This document shows, one piece after another, positions 8,730-18,819 of a DNA stretch of 64,000 nucleotides. The translations under genes were made by a program, and so were the position numbers. This stretch comes from Clostridia bacterium (GTDB lineage: Bacteria; Bacillota; Clostridia; Oscillospirales; UBA644): assembly GCA_017621705.1 (NCBI GenBank), contig JAGASR010000012.1:36127-100126 (forward strand), written 5' to 3'. The number at the start of each line of letters is the position of its first letter. Position 1 is the first letter of the stretch. The notes below the pieces were generated by a model. The model did no database searches. It saw nothing but the letters and a program-made list of their open reading frames with translations, and had not been told where the DNA came from.

Positions 8730-9584
8730 TTAGATAGCACCCATGATCTCGTCGCGCATTCTGATCGCTTCAATGCGAGCGGCTTCCGCGAATTTTTCCG
8801 CAGGAAGACCCTGAGCTTTATATGCGCAGAGAATACCTCTGGAGGAGTTGATAACAGCGCCTACGCCGTTTTTGAAAGCGCCGACAACGTCTTTTGCGCC
8901 GCCGCCCTGTGCGCCGTAACCGGGAACGAGGAAGAAGGTATGGGGAAGACGTTCACGAAGCTCGGTGAGCATAGCGGGATAAGTTGCGCCGACAACTGCG
9001 CCGACATCGGAATAACCGTGAGAACCGATTGATTTTTCACCCCATGCGGAAACGAGGTCGCCCATGTGTTCATAAACTTTCTTGCCGTTTTCGAGAACGA
9101 GATCCTGAAGTTCGCCGCTGCCTTTGTTGGAAGTCTTGACGAGAATATAGATAGCCTTGCCGTCAACGAGGAAAGGTTCAACGCCGTCGAAACCGAGGTA
9201 TGCGTTAACGGTCAGAGCGTCGGTATCGATAGTTCCGAAAAAGCCCTTGGAATAAGCGGAAGCGGTAGAGCCGATATCGTTACGTTTACCGTCAGCGATA
9301 ACATAAAGACCCTTGCTCTTAGCGTAATCAATGGTTTTGCAGAAAGCTTTGTAGCCTTCGTGACCGAGAAGTTCGTAGTAAGCTGCCTGGGGTTTGACTG
9401 CGGGGACGATATCGTAAAGAGCATCGATGATATCTTTGTTGAATCTGAAGATAGCATCTGCTTTTTCGGCGGGAGAATCGCCTGCGATCATAGACTGGGG
9501 AAGATAGTCGCAAAGTGGGTCAAGACCTGCGACGGTGGGGTTTTTCTTTTCGAGGATCTTATCGATCAAAATATTGGTTGACAT
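8730..9584 (-). CDS. pyrF: Orotidine-5'-phosphate decarboxylase
   Basis: VAGLDP, AVKPQAAYYE, IADGKRNDIGST, GAVVGATYP, LVPGYGAQGG and NSSRGI. Confidence 0.95.
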   Translation of the reverse strand: MSTNILIDKILEKKNPTVAGLDPLCDYLPQSMIAGDSPAEKADAIFRFNKDIIDALYDIVPAVKPQAAYYELLGHEGYKAFCKTIDYAKSKGLYVIADGKRNDIGSTASAYSKGFFGTIDTDALTVNAYLGFDGVEPFLVDGKAIYILVKTSNKGSGELQDLVLENGKKVYEHMGDLVSAWGEKSIGSHGYSDVGAVVGATYPAMLTELRERLPHTFFLVPGYGAQGGGAKDVVGAFKNGVGAVINSSRGILCAYKAQGLPAEKFAEAARIEAIRMRDEIMGAI

Positions 9585-10771
9585 TTAAAGACATCTCCTT
9601 TTACTATACTGTATACAGCTCGTCCCGTCATTTCTCTGCCGGAGAACGGTGTGTTTCTTGATTTTGAAAGACATTTTTCTTTGTCGAATACGAAAGTATT
9701 CTTGAGATCTGCGGCGACGAAATCCGCTGAGGCACCTTCTTTTATTGTCGGGATGGCAATACCTGCTCTTTTTGCGGGAGCCTCGGACATAAGTTTTGAA
9801 AGATCCGAAAGGGACATGATGCCCGTTTTTACGAGAGCGGAATATGAAAGCGGGAACGAAGTTTCAAGCCCGATGATGCCGAACGGAGCTTTATACGGAT
9901 CGACCGATTTTTCTTCGATCGAATGCGGAGCATGGTCGGTCGAGAGAACGTCGAAAGTTCCGTCCGTAAGCGCTTCAAGGATAGCTTCTTTATCGGCTTC
10001 GAATCGAAGAGGCGGATTCATCATAGCGTTCGGTCCGTGAATATCGAACGCATCGGCGGTTATGGTAAAGTAATGCGGGCAGGTTTCTGCGGAGACATCG
10101 ATGCCTGCTTTTTTCGCCTCACGAATAGCGGCAACACTCTCTTTTGTGCTTATATGCGCAAGATGTACCTTTGCGCCCGTCTTTTCAGCAAGCCCGATAA
10201 CTCGGATAACATCTGAATATTCGGCTTCGGAGGGAATATTGAGTTTGTCGGTAATGACGGATTTATTTTCGCAATGGCTGATAACAAGAAGTCCGTTTTC
10301 TTTTGCGGAGAGCATCGCCTTTTCGAGAATATCATCGTCGGGGACAGGCATACCGTCATCGGAAACGGCAATGATGCCTGCTTCTTTGTACGCCCCGAAA
10401 TCACAGAGTTCTTTGCCCTGCTGACCTTTCGTTATGGCGCAAACGGGATGAACGCGGACATTTTTCTCTTTTTCGAGGATCATCTTTACGACTTCGACAC
10501 TGTCGCAGACAGGCTTTGTATTAGGCATGCAGAAAACATCCGAAAAACCGCCGTTACGCGCGGCGAGAGTTCCCGTAAAAACAGTCTCTTTATGCTCAAA
10601 ACCGGGTTCGCGAAGATGGACATGAAGGTCGATAAAAGACGGGATTGCCGTAAGCCCCGTGCAGTCGATAACTTCATCGTCTGAAAGATTGGGCGCGATC
10701 TTTTCGATCATGCCGTTTTTGACGAGAATATCGGTGATTTTCCCGTCGAGAATTATATTTTTAAAAAGCAT
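9566..10771 (-). CDS. pyrC: Dihydroorotase
   Basis: DLHVHLREPG, CMPNTKP, HLAHIST, ETCPHY, MNPPLR and TDHAPH. Start at MLFKN after an AAAGGA RBS. Confidence 0.95.
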   Translation of the reverse strand: MLFKNIILDGKITDILVKNGMIEKIAPNLSDDEVIDCTGLTAIPSFIDLHVHLREPGFEHKETVFTGTLAARNGGFSDVFCMPNTKPVCDSVEVVKMILEKEKNVRVHPVCAITKGQQGKELCDFGAYKEAGIIAVSDDGMPVPDDDILEKAMLSAKENGLLVISHCENKSVITDKLNIPSEAEYSDVIRVIGLAEKTGAKVHLAHISTKESVAAIREAKKAGIDVSAETCPHYFTITADAFDIHGPNAMMNPPLRFEADKEAILEALTDGTFDVLSTDHAPHSIEEKSVDPYKAPFGIIGLETSFPLSYSALVKTGIMSLSDLSKLMSEAPAKRAGIAIPTIKEGASADFVAADLKNTFVFDKEKCLSKSRNTPFSGREMTGRAVYSIVKGDVFKCQPIF

Positions 10772-10970
10772 TCTGATCATTCCTTTCGGATATTTTACCA
10801 TATACTGAATAGTTTGTCAAGTGAAATGATTTTTAAATATTTAATGGAACATTTTACGTTTTTTAACGTCTTATGAATTGACAAATTGTTCCGGAAATGC
10901 TATAATTAAGAAGATAATGGAAAATTATTGATTTTTCTGAAAATACATTTATTCTGGAGTTGTTGAAATT

Positions 10971-12431
10971 ATGAAAGTACTGGCTTTTGACCTCGGCGCC
11001 TCCTCCGGTCGCGCTATCCTCGGCATATATGAAAACGGCAAGCTCGAAATGGAAGAGATCCACCGTTTTTCAAACGATCCCGTAATGGTAAACGGAACGC
11101 TTTATTGGGATATCCTCCGTCTTTTCTTTGAGATCAAGACAGGTCTTTCCAAATGTGTCACCGCAGGCCACAAAGATATCGAAAGCATTGCGATCGACAC
11201 ATGGGGCGTTGACTTCGGTCTTCTCGACAAAGACGGCAGACTTCTCGAAAACCCCATCCACTACCGCGACAGCAGAGTTGACGATATGATGGATAAAGTT
11301 TTCTCCGTTGTTCCCCGTGACGAGATCTATAATTCAACGGGTATTCAGTTCGTAAAGCTCAACACTATCTTCCAGCTTTACTCTCTCGTTGAAAACAGAA
11401 AAGAACTGCTCGACAAAGCAGAAACTCTTCTTTTCACCCCTGACCTTCTCGCATATTTCCTCACCGGCGAAAAGAGCATCGAATATACTATCGCATCCAC
11501 ATCTCAGCTTCTTGATGCAAACAAACGCGACTGGGACTATGCGCTTCTCGAAAAGCTCGGTCTTAACAAAGACATTTTCCCCGCTATCCGTATGCCCGGC
11601 AGTGTAACAGGCAAACTTCTCCCCGAGATCGTTGAAGAACTCGGTTTCGATAAACCCATCGACGTTATCGCATGCGCATCTCACGATACGGCATCGGCAG
11701 TCGTTGCAGCCCCGATCGAAAAAGGCGAAAAGAGCTGCTATATTTCCTGCGGTACATGGTCGCTTCTCGGTGCTGAACTTGATGAACCTCTCATAAACGA
11801 AAAGAGCTTCTCCGAAAACTTCACCAACGAAGGCGGTTACGAAGGCACGATCAGATTCCTCAAGAATATCTCCGGTCTTTGGCTCCTTCAGGAAACACGC
11901 CGTCAGTGGATAAGAGAAGGCAGCGATATTTCGTTCAAGGATATAGACAAGATGCTCGAGACCGAAACTTCCGCAAACGTTTATATCAACCCCGATGACG
12001 ACTCTTTCGTTGCTCCCGGCAATATGCCCAAGAGAATGGAAGAATTCCTCATCTCCAAAGGTCAGGATATTCCCAAAACAAAAGGCCAGCAGGCTCTCTG
12101 CATTCTCGAAAGCCTTGCGCTGACCTACCGTTTCTACATTGAAAACCTCGAAAAGATCCTCGGCCACACTATCGATACCGTTCACCTCATCGGCGGCGGC
12201 ACAAAAGACGAAAACCTTTGCCGCTTCACTGCTTGCGCTACCGGCAAGAAAGTCACTGCAGGCCCGATCGAAGCGACGGCTCTCGGCAATATCGCAGTTC
12301 AGCTCATCGCAAAAGGCGAGATCAAAGACCTCGACGAAGCAAGAAAATATCTCGGCGACCTCAAGATCTACATGCCCGAAGATACCGATAAGTGGAACAA
12401 GAAATACGCGGACTACATGAAGGTGAGATAA
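10971..12431 (+). CDS. rhaB: Rhamnulokinase/fuculokinase (FGGY family)
   Basis: LAFDLGASSGRA, DTWGVDFGLL, HDTASAV, SCGTWSLLG, FTNEGG and GPIEATALGN. Confidence 0.88.
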   Translation: MKVLAFDLGASSGRAILGIYENGKLEMEEIHRFSNDPVMVNGTLYWDILRLFFEIKTGLSKCVTAGHKDIESIAIDTWGVDFGLLDKDGRLLENPIHYRDSRVDDMMDKVFSVVPRDEIYNSTGIQFVKLNTIFQLYSLVENRKELLDKAETLLFTPDLLAYFLTGEKSIEYTIASTSQLLDANKRDWDYALLEKLGLNKDIFPAIRMPGSVTGKLLPEIVEELGFDKPIDVIACASHDTASAVVAAPIEKGEKSCYISCGTWSLLGAELDEPLINEKSFSENFTNEGGYEGTIRFLKNISGLWLLQETRRQWIREGSDISFKDIDKMLETETSANVYINPDDDSFVAPGNMPKRMEEFLISKGQDIPKTKGQQALCILESLALTYRFYIENLEKILGHTIDTVHLIGGGTKDENLCRFTACATGKKVTAGPIEATALGNIAVQLIAKGEIKDLDEARKYLGDLKIYMPEDTDKWNKKYADYMKVR

Positions 12432-13814
12432 GTGAACGAATTTATACGCAACAACAGCGAAAAGATCATCGAAGATCTTGCGAAATTCATTGCGATCCCG
12501 AGTGTCAGCGGAAAAGCAGACGAATACGGCGTTTACGGTAAACCTGTTGCCGATGCGTTCACCGTTCTCGCAAAAGAAGCGAGAGATCTCGGGCTCGAAG
12601 TCGAAGATCTCGGCTATGCGCTGAGAATTTCTATCGGCGAAGGTGACGAGACTTTCCTCGTCGTTGCGCACGGAGACGTTGTCCCCGCAGGCGAAGGCTG
12701 GACCAGACCCGCATATGAACTGACAAGAGAAAACGGAATTCTTTACGGCAGAGGAGTTCTCGACGATAAAGGAGCGGCGGTTGCCGCGATGTATTCTCTT
12801 GCAGCGGTCAAAAATTCAGGCGCAGTTCCGAAAATGAGAGTTTCTCTCGTTGTCGGCGGCGACGAAGAATGCGGCATGAGTGATATGCACAGATACGTTG
12901 AAGAAAACGGTCTTCCCGATTATGCGCTCACCCCCGATGCAAGCTTCCCGATAACGAACGCAGAGCTCGGCTTTGTTTTCGGCAAATTCGTATTCGAAAA
13001 CGTCAAAGAAAACGGAGATGTAAAGCTTATTTCTTTAAAAGGCGGCCGCGCGGTAAACTGCGTTGCGGAAAAATGCGAATGCAGAATCGCAGGCAATAAA
13101 GAAGTTTACGATTATATTTCTTCTCTTTCCGAGGAACTTCTTGCCCCCGAGATCGCATATGATGAAAAGGGCGAAATAACAGTTCTTTGCAGAGGCGTTT
13201 CGGCGCACGGTTCCGTTCCCGAAAAAGGAAGAAGCGCCGTTATGGATCTTCTTTCGGTTCTCGAAAAGACGTTTAATAAATTCGGAGCTGAAAACAGTTT
13301 TCTCGCATTCACCGAAAAATACGTCAAAGGCACAGAGGGCGAAGCGCTCGGCATCAACTGTAAAGACGAATTTTCCGGCAAGCTTTCCGTCAACTTCGGT
13401 ATGTGCTCTTACGAAAACGGCACGGGCGAAGTTACAATGGACAGCAGAACCCCGATCAGCGCCGATGCTTTTGCGATAAGCGATAAACTCGAGGTGATCG
13501 CAGAAGAAAACGGCGGCAAATATATTCCCGACAGAAACGGCAACGGAATACGTATCCCCGAAGACAGTCCATTTATGGTATCGGTTGCAAAAAGCTACGA
13601 AAAAGCGACCGGCAAACCCTGCGGATTTGTCTGCGAAAGAGGTTCGACCTATGCGAAAGCTTTTTGCGGCAAATGTGTGGCTTTCGGACCTGCGGACGAA
13701 GGAAATAAAGCAGTCTGCGGCAATATGCATGCGCCGGACGAATACATTTCGGAGGAAGCACTTATCTCTCTTTCCGAAATATATGCGCAGGTCATCGAAG
13801 ATTTTTGCTGCTGA
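12432..13814 (+). CDS. M20-family dipeptidase (PepV/Sapep-like)
   Basis: AHGDVVPAG, GRGVLDDKG, GGDEECG, PDASFP, GVSAHGS and MHAPDE; GTG start abuts the rhaB stop. Confidence 0.88.
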   Translation: MNEFIRNNSEKIIEDLAKFIAIPSVSGKADEYGVYGKPVADAFTVLAKEARDLGLEVEDLGYALRISIGEGDETFLVVAHGDVVPAGEGWTRPAYELTRENGILYGRGVLDDKGAAVAAMYSLAAVKNSGAVPKMRVSLVVGGDEECGMSDMHRYVEENGLPDYALTPDASFPITNAELGFVFGKFVFENVKENGDVKLISLKGGRAVNCVAEKCECRIAGNKEVYDYISSLSEELLAPEIAYDEKGEITVLCRGVSAHGSVPEKGRSAVMDLLSVLEKTFNKFGAENSFLAFTEKYVKGTEGEALGINCKDEFSGKLSVNFGMCSYENGTGEVTMDSRTPISADAFAISDKLEVIAEENGGKYIPDRNGNGIRIPEDSPFMVSVAKSYEKATGKPCGFVCERGSTYAKAFCGKCVAFGPADEGNKAVCGNMHAPDEYISEEALISLSEIYAQVIEDFCC

Positions 13815-13980
13815 ACCGCACAATAATGCGTAATAGGTTCGACATATTGCGAATAAACGCAACAATTTTTTCATAACAGAGAGAATTGTCACATATTTGT
13901 CGAAATTATACGATATACTTAAAATGGTTTATAATCCAATTATGAGCCAAAAACCCAAAAACAGACAAGGAGTGTAAAAC

Positions 13981-15684
13981 ATGAAAAAACTTCTCGCTCT
14001 CGTTCTTACGGCTGTAATGGTTCTCGCTATGGCTGTTCCCGCATTTGCGGAAGGTCACAAGACCCCCGAAGTTGTAATTGCGAACGAAAATGCTGACGGA
14101 TATTATGTTTCCGGTTCCACAGTTAAATATGAATTCACCATTCACTGTGCAAACGCATCCATAATCAAAGTCGGCAGCAAGACCCTTAAGATGTCCGACT
14201 TTAAAGATAATAAAGACGGCTCTTACACCTACAAGGGTACAGTAAACATCGGTCTTACCGATACCAGCCTCAAATTCTACGTTTATGACCTCGGTCAGGG
14301 TCACAGCGCGACCTGGGAAGAAACCGTAAAATTCAAGGTTGACCCCACTGCTCCCAAGCTCAATGTTTCCGCAGTCAAAACCGGTTCTGCGTTCAACGTA
14401 GGCCTCATCAGCATCATCGTTACCGATAATATCGGCATCGAAAAGATCGCTGTTAACGGCAAGACCATTGCTGACGCTGAAGACATTGCAAACAAAAAAG
14501 CATTCATCACCAACTACAGCGTACCCGCTGCAGGCAAATACGTTGTAACCGCTACCGACACTGCAGGCAACGTTTCCATCACTTCCGTTACCTTCAATGC
14601 TGACGGTTCCACCAATACCGAAAGTGTTACCACCCCCATCGGCGGAAACCTTTGGAACGGCGGATACATGAGCGGCCTTGCAAGCATCTACAAAGATAAT
14701 CCCCAGCTTTATTACTATCTCAAGATGCTTCAGAACAACGGTGAGATCAACGAAGATACCTGGATGCTCTGGTACCTTCTCAGCCAGAAGAACCCCTCCG
14801 TTCCCGAAGGCGGCAACTCTGCAAACACCAATACAAACAACTGGTACCTCATCTACAACTATCTCTTAAAGAATGAAAATATCGATATCGATAAATCCCT
14901 TCTTTACTACTACCTCGCAAACGGTACCCTCGGCAATCTCGATCTTTCCATTCCCGATGCAAACTTCTACTGGTACCTTTATCAGGCTGACGATCTCGGC
15001 ATAGATAAGACTCTTCTTTACTACTACCTTGCAAACGGCAACCTCGGCGAACTTCCCCTCCCCGATCTTAAGGATAACTACCTTGCATACGAATATTTCT
15101 TCGGTTCCATCTTCGGTTTCAAAGATGATGCATCTATCGACGATTTCACCAAAGACGGCAAGCTCATCCTTACTGCTCCCGCAGTTAAAGATAACGTAAA
15201 AGTTACCTACACCTGGAAGACCCTCACCAGCGGTTCCTGGAAGACCATCGGCAGCAACTCCGATACTCTTATCGTTGATCCCGTTGTCGGTGCAAAATAC
15301 AAAGTAGAAATCTCCAGCGAATTCTACTTCAACACCGTAACTTCCGATGTCCTCACCGTTACCGATGATATGAAAGTTAACGATACCGATCCCGTTATCC
15401 CCGACGATGACGACGATGACGATGCTTCTGATTTCACCTCTGCAGATATCACCATCAACGGCGTTAAGAACAACGTAATCAAACTTAAAGTCGGTCAGAA
15501 AGCTTACCTCGTTCCCAACTACAACGGTTACTGGGTATATGACACCAACATGTTCGAAGGCGTAGGCTCTTCTCTCATCGTTCTTACTCCCAAGAAAGCA
15601 GGCAATACCGTTATTGCTTTCACCGCTCTCAACTCTGACGGCGACTCTGCAACCAAGCAGGTTCTCGTTGTTGTTGAAGAATAA
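13981..15684 (+). CDS. Secreted/surface protein with Ig-like segments and a Tyr/Trp-rich repeated core
   Basis: Sec signal peptide (MKKLLALVLTAVMVLAMAVPAFA); DPTAPKL and YVVTATDTAGN Ig-like motifs; internal 38-aa repeat; strongly biased codons. Confidence 0.8.
   Translation: MKKLLALVLTAVMVLAMAVPAFAEGHKTPEVVIANENADGYYVSGSTVKYEFTIHCANASIIKVGSKTLKMSDFKDNKDGSYTYKGTVNIGLTDTSLKFYVYDLGQGHSATWEETVKFKVDPTAPKLNVSAVKTGSAFNVGLISIIVTDNIGIEKIAVNGKTIADAEDIANKKAFITNYSVPAAGKYVVTATDTAGNVSITSVTFNADGSTNTESVTTPIGGNLWNGGYMSGLASIYKDNPQLYYYLKMLQNNGEINEDTWMLWYLLSQKNPSVPEGGNSANTNTNNWYLIYNYLLKNENIDIDKSLLYYYLANGTLGNLDLSIPDANFYWYLYQADDLGIDKTLLYYYLANGNLGELPLPDLKDNYLAYEYFFGSIFGFKDDASIDDFTKDGKLILTAPAVKDNVKVTYTWKTLTSGSWKTIGSNSDTLIVDPVVGAKYKVEISSEFYFNTVTSDVLTVTDDMKVNDTDPVIPDDDDDDDASDFTSADITINGVKNNVIKLKVGQKAYLVPNYNGYWVYDTNMFEGVGSSLIVLTPKKAGNTVIAFTALNSDGDSATKQVLVVVEE
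14887..15054 (+). repeat. Intragenic direct repeat, 114-nt period
   Basis: IDKSLLYYYLANGTLGNL (14887-14940) vs IDKTLLYYYLANGNLGEL (15001-15054). Confidence 0.85.
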
Positions 15685-15703
15685 TTCAATAATTTAAAGA
15701 CAC

Positions 15704-15738
15704 AGAGATCGGAAAAATTTTCCGATCTCTTGTTTTTT
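15704..15738 (+). terminator. Intrinsic terminator
   Basis: AGAGATCGGAAA-AAT-TTTCCGATCTCT followed by TGTTTTTTT. Confidence 0.9.
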
Positions 15739-15785
15739 TGACTGAAATGTGCTACAATAAAGAAAAAAGCAAAGGATATTCGGAT

Positions 15786-17399
15786 ATGGAAATAAATGTC
15801 AACAGCTTCGGGATCAGACCGAACGTAAACGAAGAAGCGGGATTTGCCTTCAACAAAGCGATCGAAGAAGCAAAAAAAGCAGGACAGAGCGTCAACTTAA
15901 CACTTGAAAAAGGTATATATAATTTTTATACGGAAAACGCGATCACACGAAAATACTATATTTCGAATACCGCGAGCGAAATTGAAGCCCCTGATAAGAC
16001 GAAGCATATCGGTCTGTTTTTCGACGGCGCAAAAAATATTACGCTCGACTGCGGCGGTTCGACTTTTATTTTTCACGGAAAATTTACGCAGATAGTTTTC
16101 GACAACTCCGAGAATATAACCGTAAAAAATCTTGTTACCGACTGGTCGAGACCAACGATGACCGAAATGACGCTTATCGCAAAAACCGATGAATACTGCG
16201 ATTTTGAAGTCAATGCCGATTGTGATTTTGAAATACGCGACGGTCGTGCGATCTGGGTAGGCAGAGGTTTCGAATACGTTTCGGGGCCTACACAGATCGT
16301 TCCGAGAGACAAAAAAACGACAAGAAGAGTCAACGGACTCGGATACGATAACGCAGAACAGATCGCGGAGAGAACGATCAGATTTTATAACTGCTCCCTC
16401 AAAGACTTTGAGATCGGAGACATTGCGCAGGTTCGTGACGGAATACGCGATGAGGTCGGATTTTTCGCCGTAAACTCAAAAAATATAACTTTTGAAAATG
16501 TTACCACGCATTATATGCACGGGCTCGGATTTGTCGGTCAGTTCACCGAAAATATCACTTTAGACAATTTCAATACGATCCCGAACGCAGAAAAAGGCAG
16601 GACCTGCTCTTGTTTTGCGGACAGCATCCATATCTCGGGCTGTAAAGGCAAAGTAGCGGTTAAAAACGGACACTTTGACGGAACGCACGACGATATAATG
16701 AACGTCCACGGAACAGATCTGCCCATAACGGAAATTTTAGGCGAAAACAAGGTAAAAGTAAGATTCAGCCACAATCAGACATACGGATTCAAAGCGTTTT
16801 ACGAGGGCGATAAGATCGTATTTATAGATGAAAAGACGCTTTTGCCGCTCGGATACGGAAAAATCGCAGCCGCGGAAATGCTTTCGGAAAGAGAAATGGC
16901 GTTAACGACCGAAGAGCCCCTCCCCTGCGGTGTCAAAGAAAAGACTGCGATAGATAATCTTACATGGCAGCCGGAAGTTCTTTTTGAAAACAATGTCATC
17001 AAAAGAGACCCGACAAGGGGCATTCTTCTTTCGAGCGGCGGCAAGACCGTCGTTAAAAACAACCGATTTATCCAAACAAATATGTCGGCGATCCTTATCG
17101 CATTTGATGCAAGATCGTGGTATGAATCGGGCAAAGTCAATGACGTTCTGATCGAAGACAACGTTTTCGAAGAATGTAACGGCCCCGTTATTCTGATCGA
17201 ACCCGAAACTAATGAATTCGAAGACGGAAGATACGTTCATGAAAATATCCGCATAAAAAACAATAAATTTATTCTTTCCGACAACCGCATACTTTCAGCG
17301 AAATCGACCGACGGACTTGTTTTTGAAGAAAACGAGATCGTAAGCGACTCGGAACCGAAATTTGAGACGGTACATTGCGCAAATGTTAAAATCAACTGA
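15786..17399 (+). CDS. GH110-like alpha-galactosidase (right-handed beta-helix)
   Basis: YYISNT, FADSIHISGCKG, HDDIMNVHGT, RFSHNQTYGF and TRGILLSSG, WYESG. Start at MEINV. Confidence 0.85.
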   Translation: MEINVNSFGIRPNVNEEAGFAFNKAIEEAKKAGQSVNLTLEKGIYNFYTENAITRKYYISNTASEIEAPDKTKHIGLFFDGAKNITLDCGGSTFIFHGKFTQIVFDNSENITVKNLVTDWSRPTMTEMTLIAKTDEYCDFEVNADCDFEIRDGRAIWVGRGFEYVSGPTQIVPRDKKTTRRVNGLGYDNAEQIAERTIRFYNCSLKDFEIGDIAQVRDGIRDEVGFFAVNSKNITFENVTTHYMHGLGFVGQFTENITLDNFNTIPNAEKGRTCSCFADSIHISGCKGKVAVKNGHFDGTHDDIMNVHGTDLPITEILGENKVKVRFSHNQTYGFKAFYEGDKIVFIDEKTLLPLGYGKIAAAEMLSEREMALTTEEPLPCGVKEKTAIDNLTWQPEVLFENNVIKRDPTRGILLSSGGKTVVKNNRFIQTNMSAILIAFDARSWYESGKVNDVLIEDNVFEECNGPVILIEPETNEFEDGRYVHENIRIKNNKFILSDNRILSAKSTDGLVFEENEIVSDSEPKFETVHCANVKIN

Positions 17400-17406
17400 C
17401 ATACAC

Positions 17407-17435
17407 TTGACAGTGATTGATTTTTCGTATATAAT
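17407..17435 (+). promoter_or_regulatory. sigma-A promoter TTGACA-N17-TATAAT
   Basis: Perfect consensus upstream of the lipoprotein gene. Confidence 0.8.
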
Positions 17436-17487
17436 ATAATCAGGGATATCACTAAAAACCACCAACACACTAAAAAGGAGAGAGACT

Positions 17488-18153
17488 ATGAAACAGAGAT
17501 TATTCGTTTTATTGACGGCTGTTCTTGTTTTGTTGCTTGCGCTGTCGCTTTTCGGTTGCGAAAAACAGGAATCTGAAAATAATCAGCAGACAAACGAAGA
17601 CCCCGAGAACGTAATCGTCGAAAAAGAAACCACAGACTATTCAGGGATGAGCAAAGAAGAGATCATCACCGAATTTATGAAAGCCTGGGAAAACGACGAT
17701 ATTGCGGTCATGGATGAGCTTTCGGATTTTCCGGAAGACTACCGTATGGGAAAGAATTTTGAAGACAACGGTTATCATGCGATATTTTCATGGGGAAATG
17801 TTTCCATGACAGACAACCCCGTCTGCGATCACGGATGCGAAAATTTTTCTCATTCTATCTATGATCTGAAAATAAGACAAAGCGATAATTCAGACTACGG
17901 CTGTGCGCCCGAGGAATTGCAGTCGCTTCATCCCGAATACGAAAACATCTACGTAGTATCTTTTACAATGGATGAAAACAGCATAATCCGCCATCTTGAA
18001 AAATGTATTTTCGGATGGAAAGAAGGCACACTTCTTTCAGACGATGTGTTTGCAAGAGACGGTGTATACGGTGGCGGCATAATCTTTGAAATGTTCTTTG
18101 ACTCAGAAAAAGGACATTGGATCATAAAAGAAGAAAAACACGCATTGAATTAA
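17488..18153 (+). CDS. Hypothetical lipoprotein
   Basis: RBS AAGGAG; signal peptide with lipobox LFGC. Confidence 0.75.
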   Translation: MKQRLFVLLTAVLVLLLALSLFGCEKQESENNQQTNEDPENVIVEKETTDYSGMSKEEIITEFMKAWENDDIAVMDELSDFPEDYRMGKNFEDNGYHAIFSWGNVSMTDNPVCDHGCENFSHSIYDLKIRQSDNSDYGCAPEELQSLHPEYENIYVVSFTMDENSIIRHLEKCIFGWKEGTLLSDDVFARDGVYGGGIIFEMFFDSEKGHWIIKEEKHALN

Positions 18154-18168
18154 TACCTCAAAACAAAA

Positions 18169-18202
18169 AAGGAACAAGTCCGATTTAACGGGCTTGTTCC
18201 TT
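18169..18202. terminator. Bidirectional terminator
   Basis: AAGGAACAAGTCC...GGGCTTGTTCCTT between convergent genes. Confidence 0.75.
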
Positions 18203-18673
18203 ATTATTTTCACCGGATTTTATATCTGCCAGATTTATAACCGTTTTATTTCGACGGACGGCATATTGTAAAGTTTTATAAGATCCGCCGCTTTTATATT
18301 TAACATAAGCAATAATAAGATCGGCGCTGTCAACCATCCATTTATTTCTTCGGCTTATAGCATATTTTGACGGAACGGATTCGAGAGGAGGATATATAAC
18401 AGCATCATACACCCGATTTTCCAATAAGCAGTCTATCTTTTTCTGCTGAGAATCCGTCATATACGGTGTTACAAAAACGGTCTCACAATTCGGAAAATCT
18501 TTCTTAACGGAGCGACAAACACCTTGACATATCATATCAAAATCACCATACCCACCGCAATAAAACGAAACCTTATCTGCTTTCTTTATTATTTCCGTGA
18601 TTATTTGTCTGACTGCTTTTGATAATTCATCTTTTTCGGTCAATAAAGAATGACCTGCAAATGTTATAATCAT
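18185..18673 (-). CDS. SLOG-superfamily (YpsA/DUF1273-like) protein
   Basis: ITFAGHS, FYCGGYGDFD, RRNKWMVDSADLIIAYV and GGSYKTLQYA. Start at MIITF after GAGG. Confidence 0.75.
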   Translation of the reverse strand: MIITFAGHSLLTEKDELSKAVRQIITEIIKKADKVSFYCGGYGDFDMICQGVCRSVKKDFPNCETVFVTPYMTDSQQKKIDCLLENRVYDAVIYPPLESVPSKYAISRRNKWMVDSADLIIAYVKYKSGGSYKTLQYAVRRNKTVINLADIKSGENNKEQAR

Positions 18674-18685
18674 AATGTCCTCAAT

Positions 18686-18805
18686 TCGTGGAATTCCACG
18701 ATAATTATACACCGATCAAACAGAAAAGTCAATATCGTGGAGTTCCACGAGATAATATTTTTTAATCGGGATATAATAATTACGGAACTCCGTAAAGGAA
18801 CTCCG
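18686..18805. promoter_or_regulatory. Four related GGARTTCC/GGAACTCC operator-like sites around a TTGACT-N17-TATAAT minus-strand promoter
   Basis: TCGTGGAATTCCACGA 18686-18701, TCGTGGAGTTCCACGA 18735-18750, TACGGAACTCCGTA 18781-18794 and GGAACTCC about 18797; -10 at 18704-18709, -35 at 18727-18732. Confidence 0.75.
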
Positions 18806-18819
18806 AGAGAGGCGTAATT

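Noticed and set aside
8622-8730. Fluoride (crcB) riboswitch upstream of the ClC gene
   Set aside because: No GGCGATG...-type consensus is visible; the only structure is a terminator-like hairpin.
10771-10971. PyrR attenuator upstream of pyrC
   Set aside because: The region is AT-rich, with no AGTCCAGAGAGGCT-like PyrR loop or terminator/antiterminator pair.
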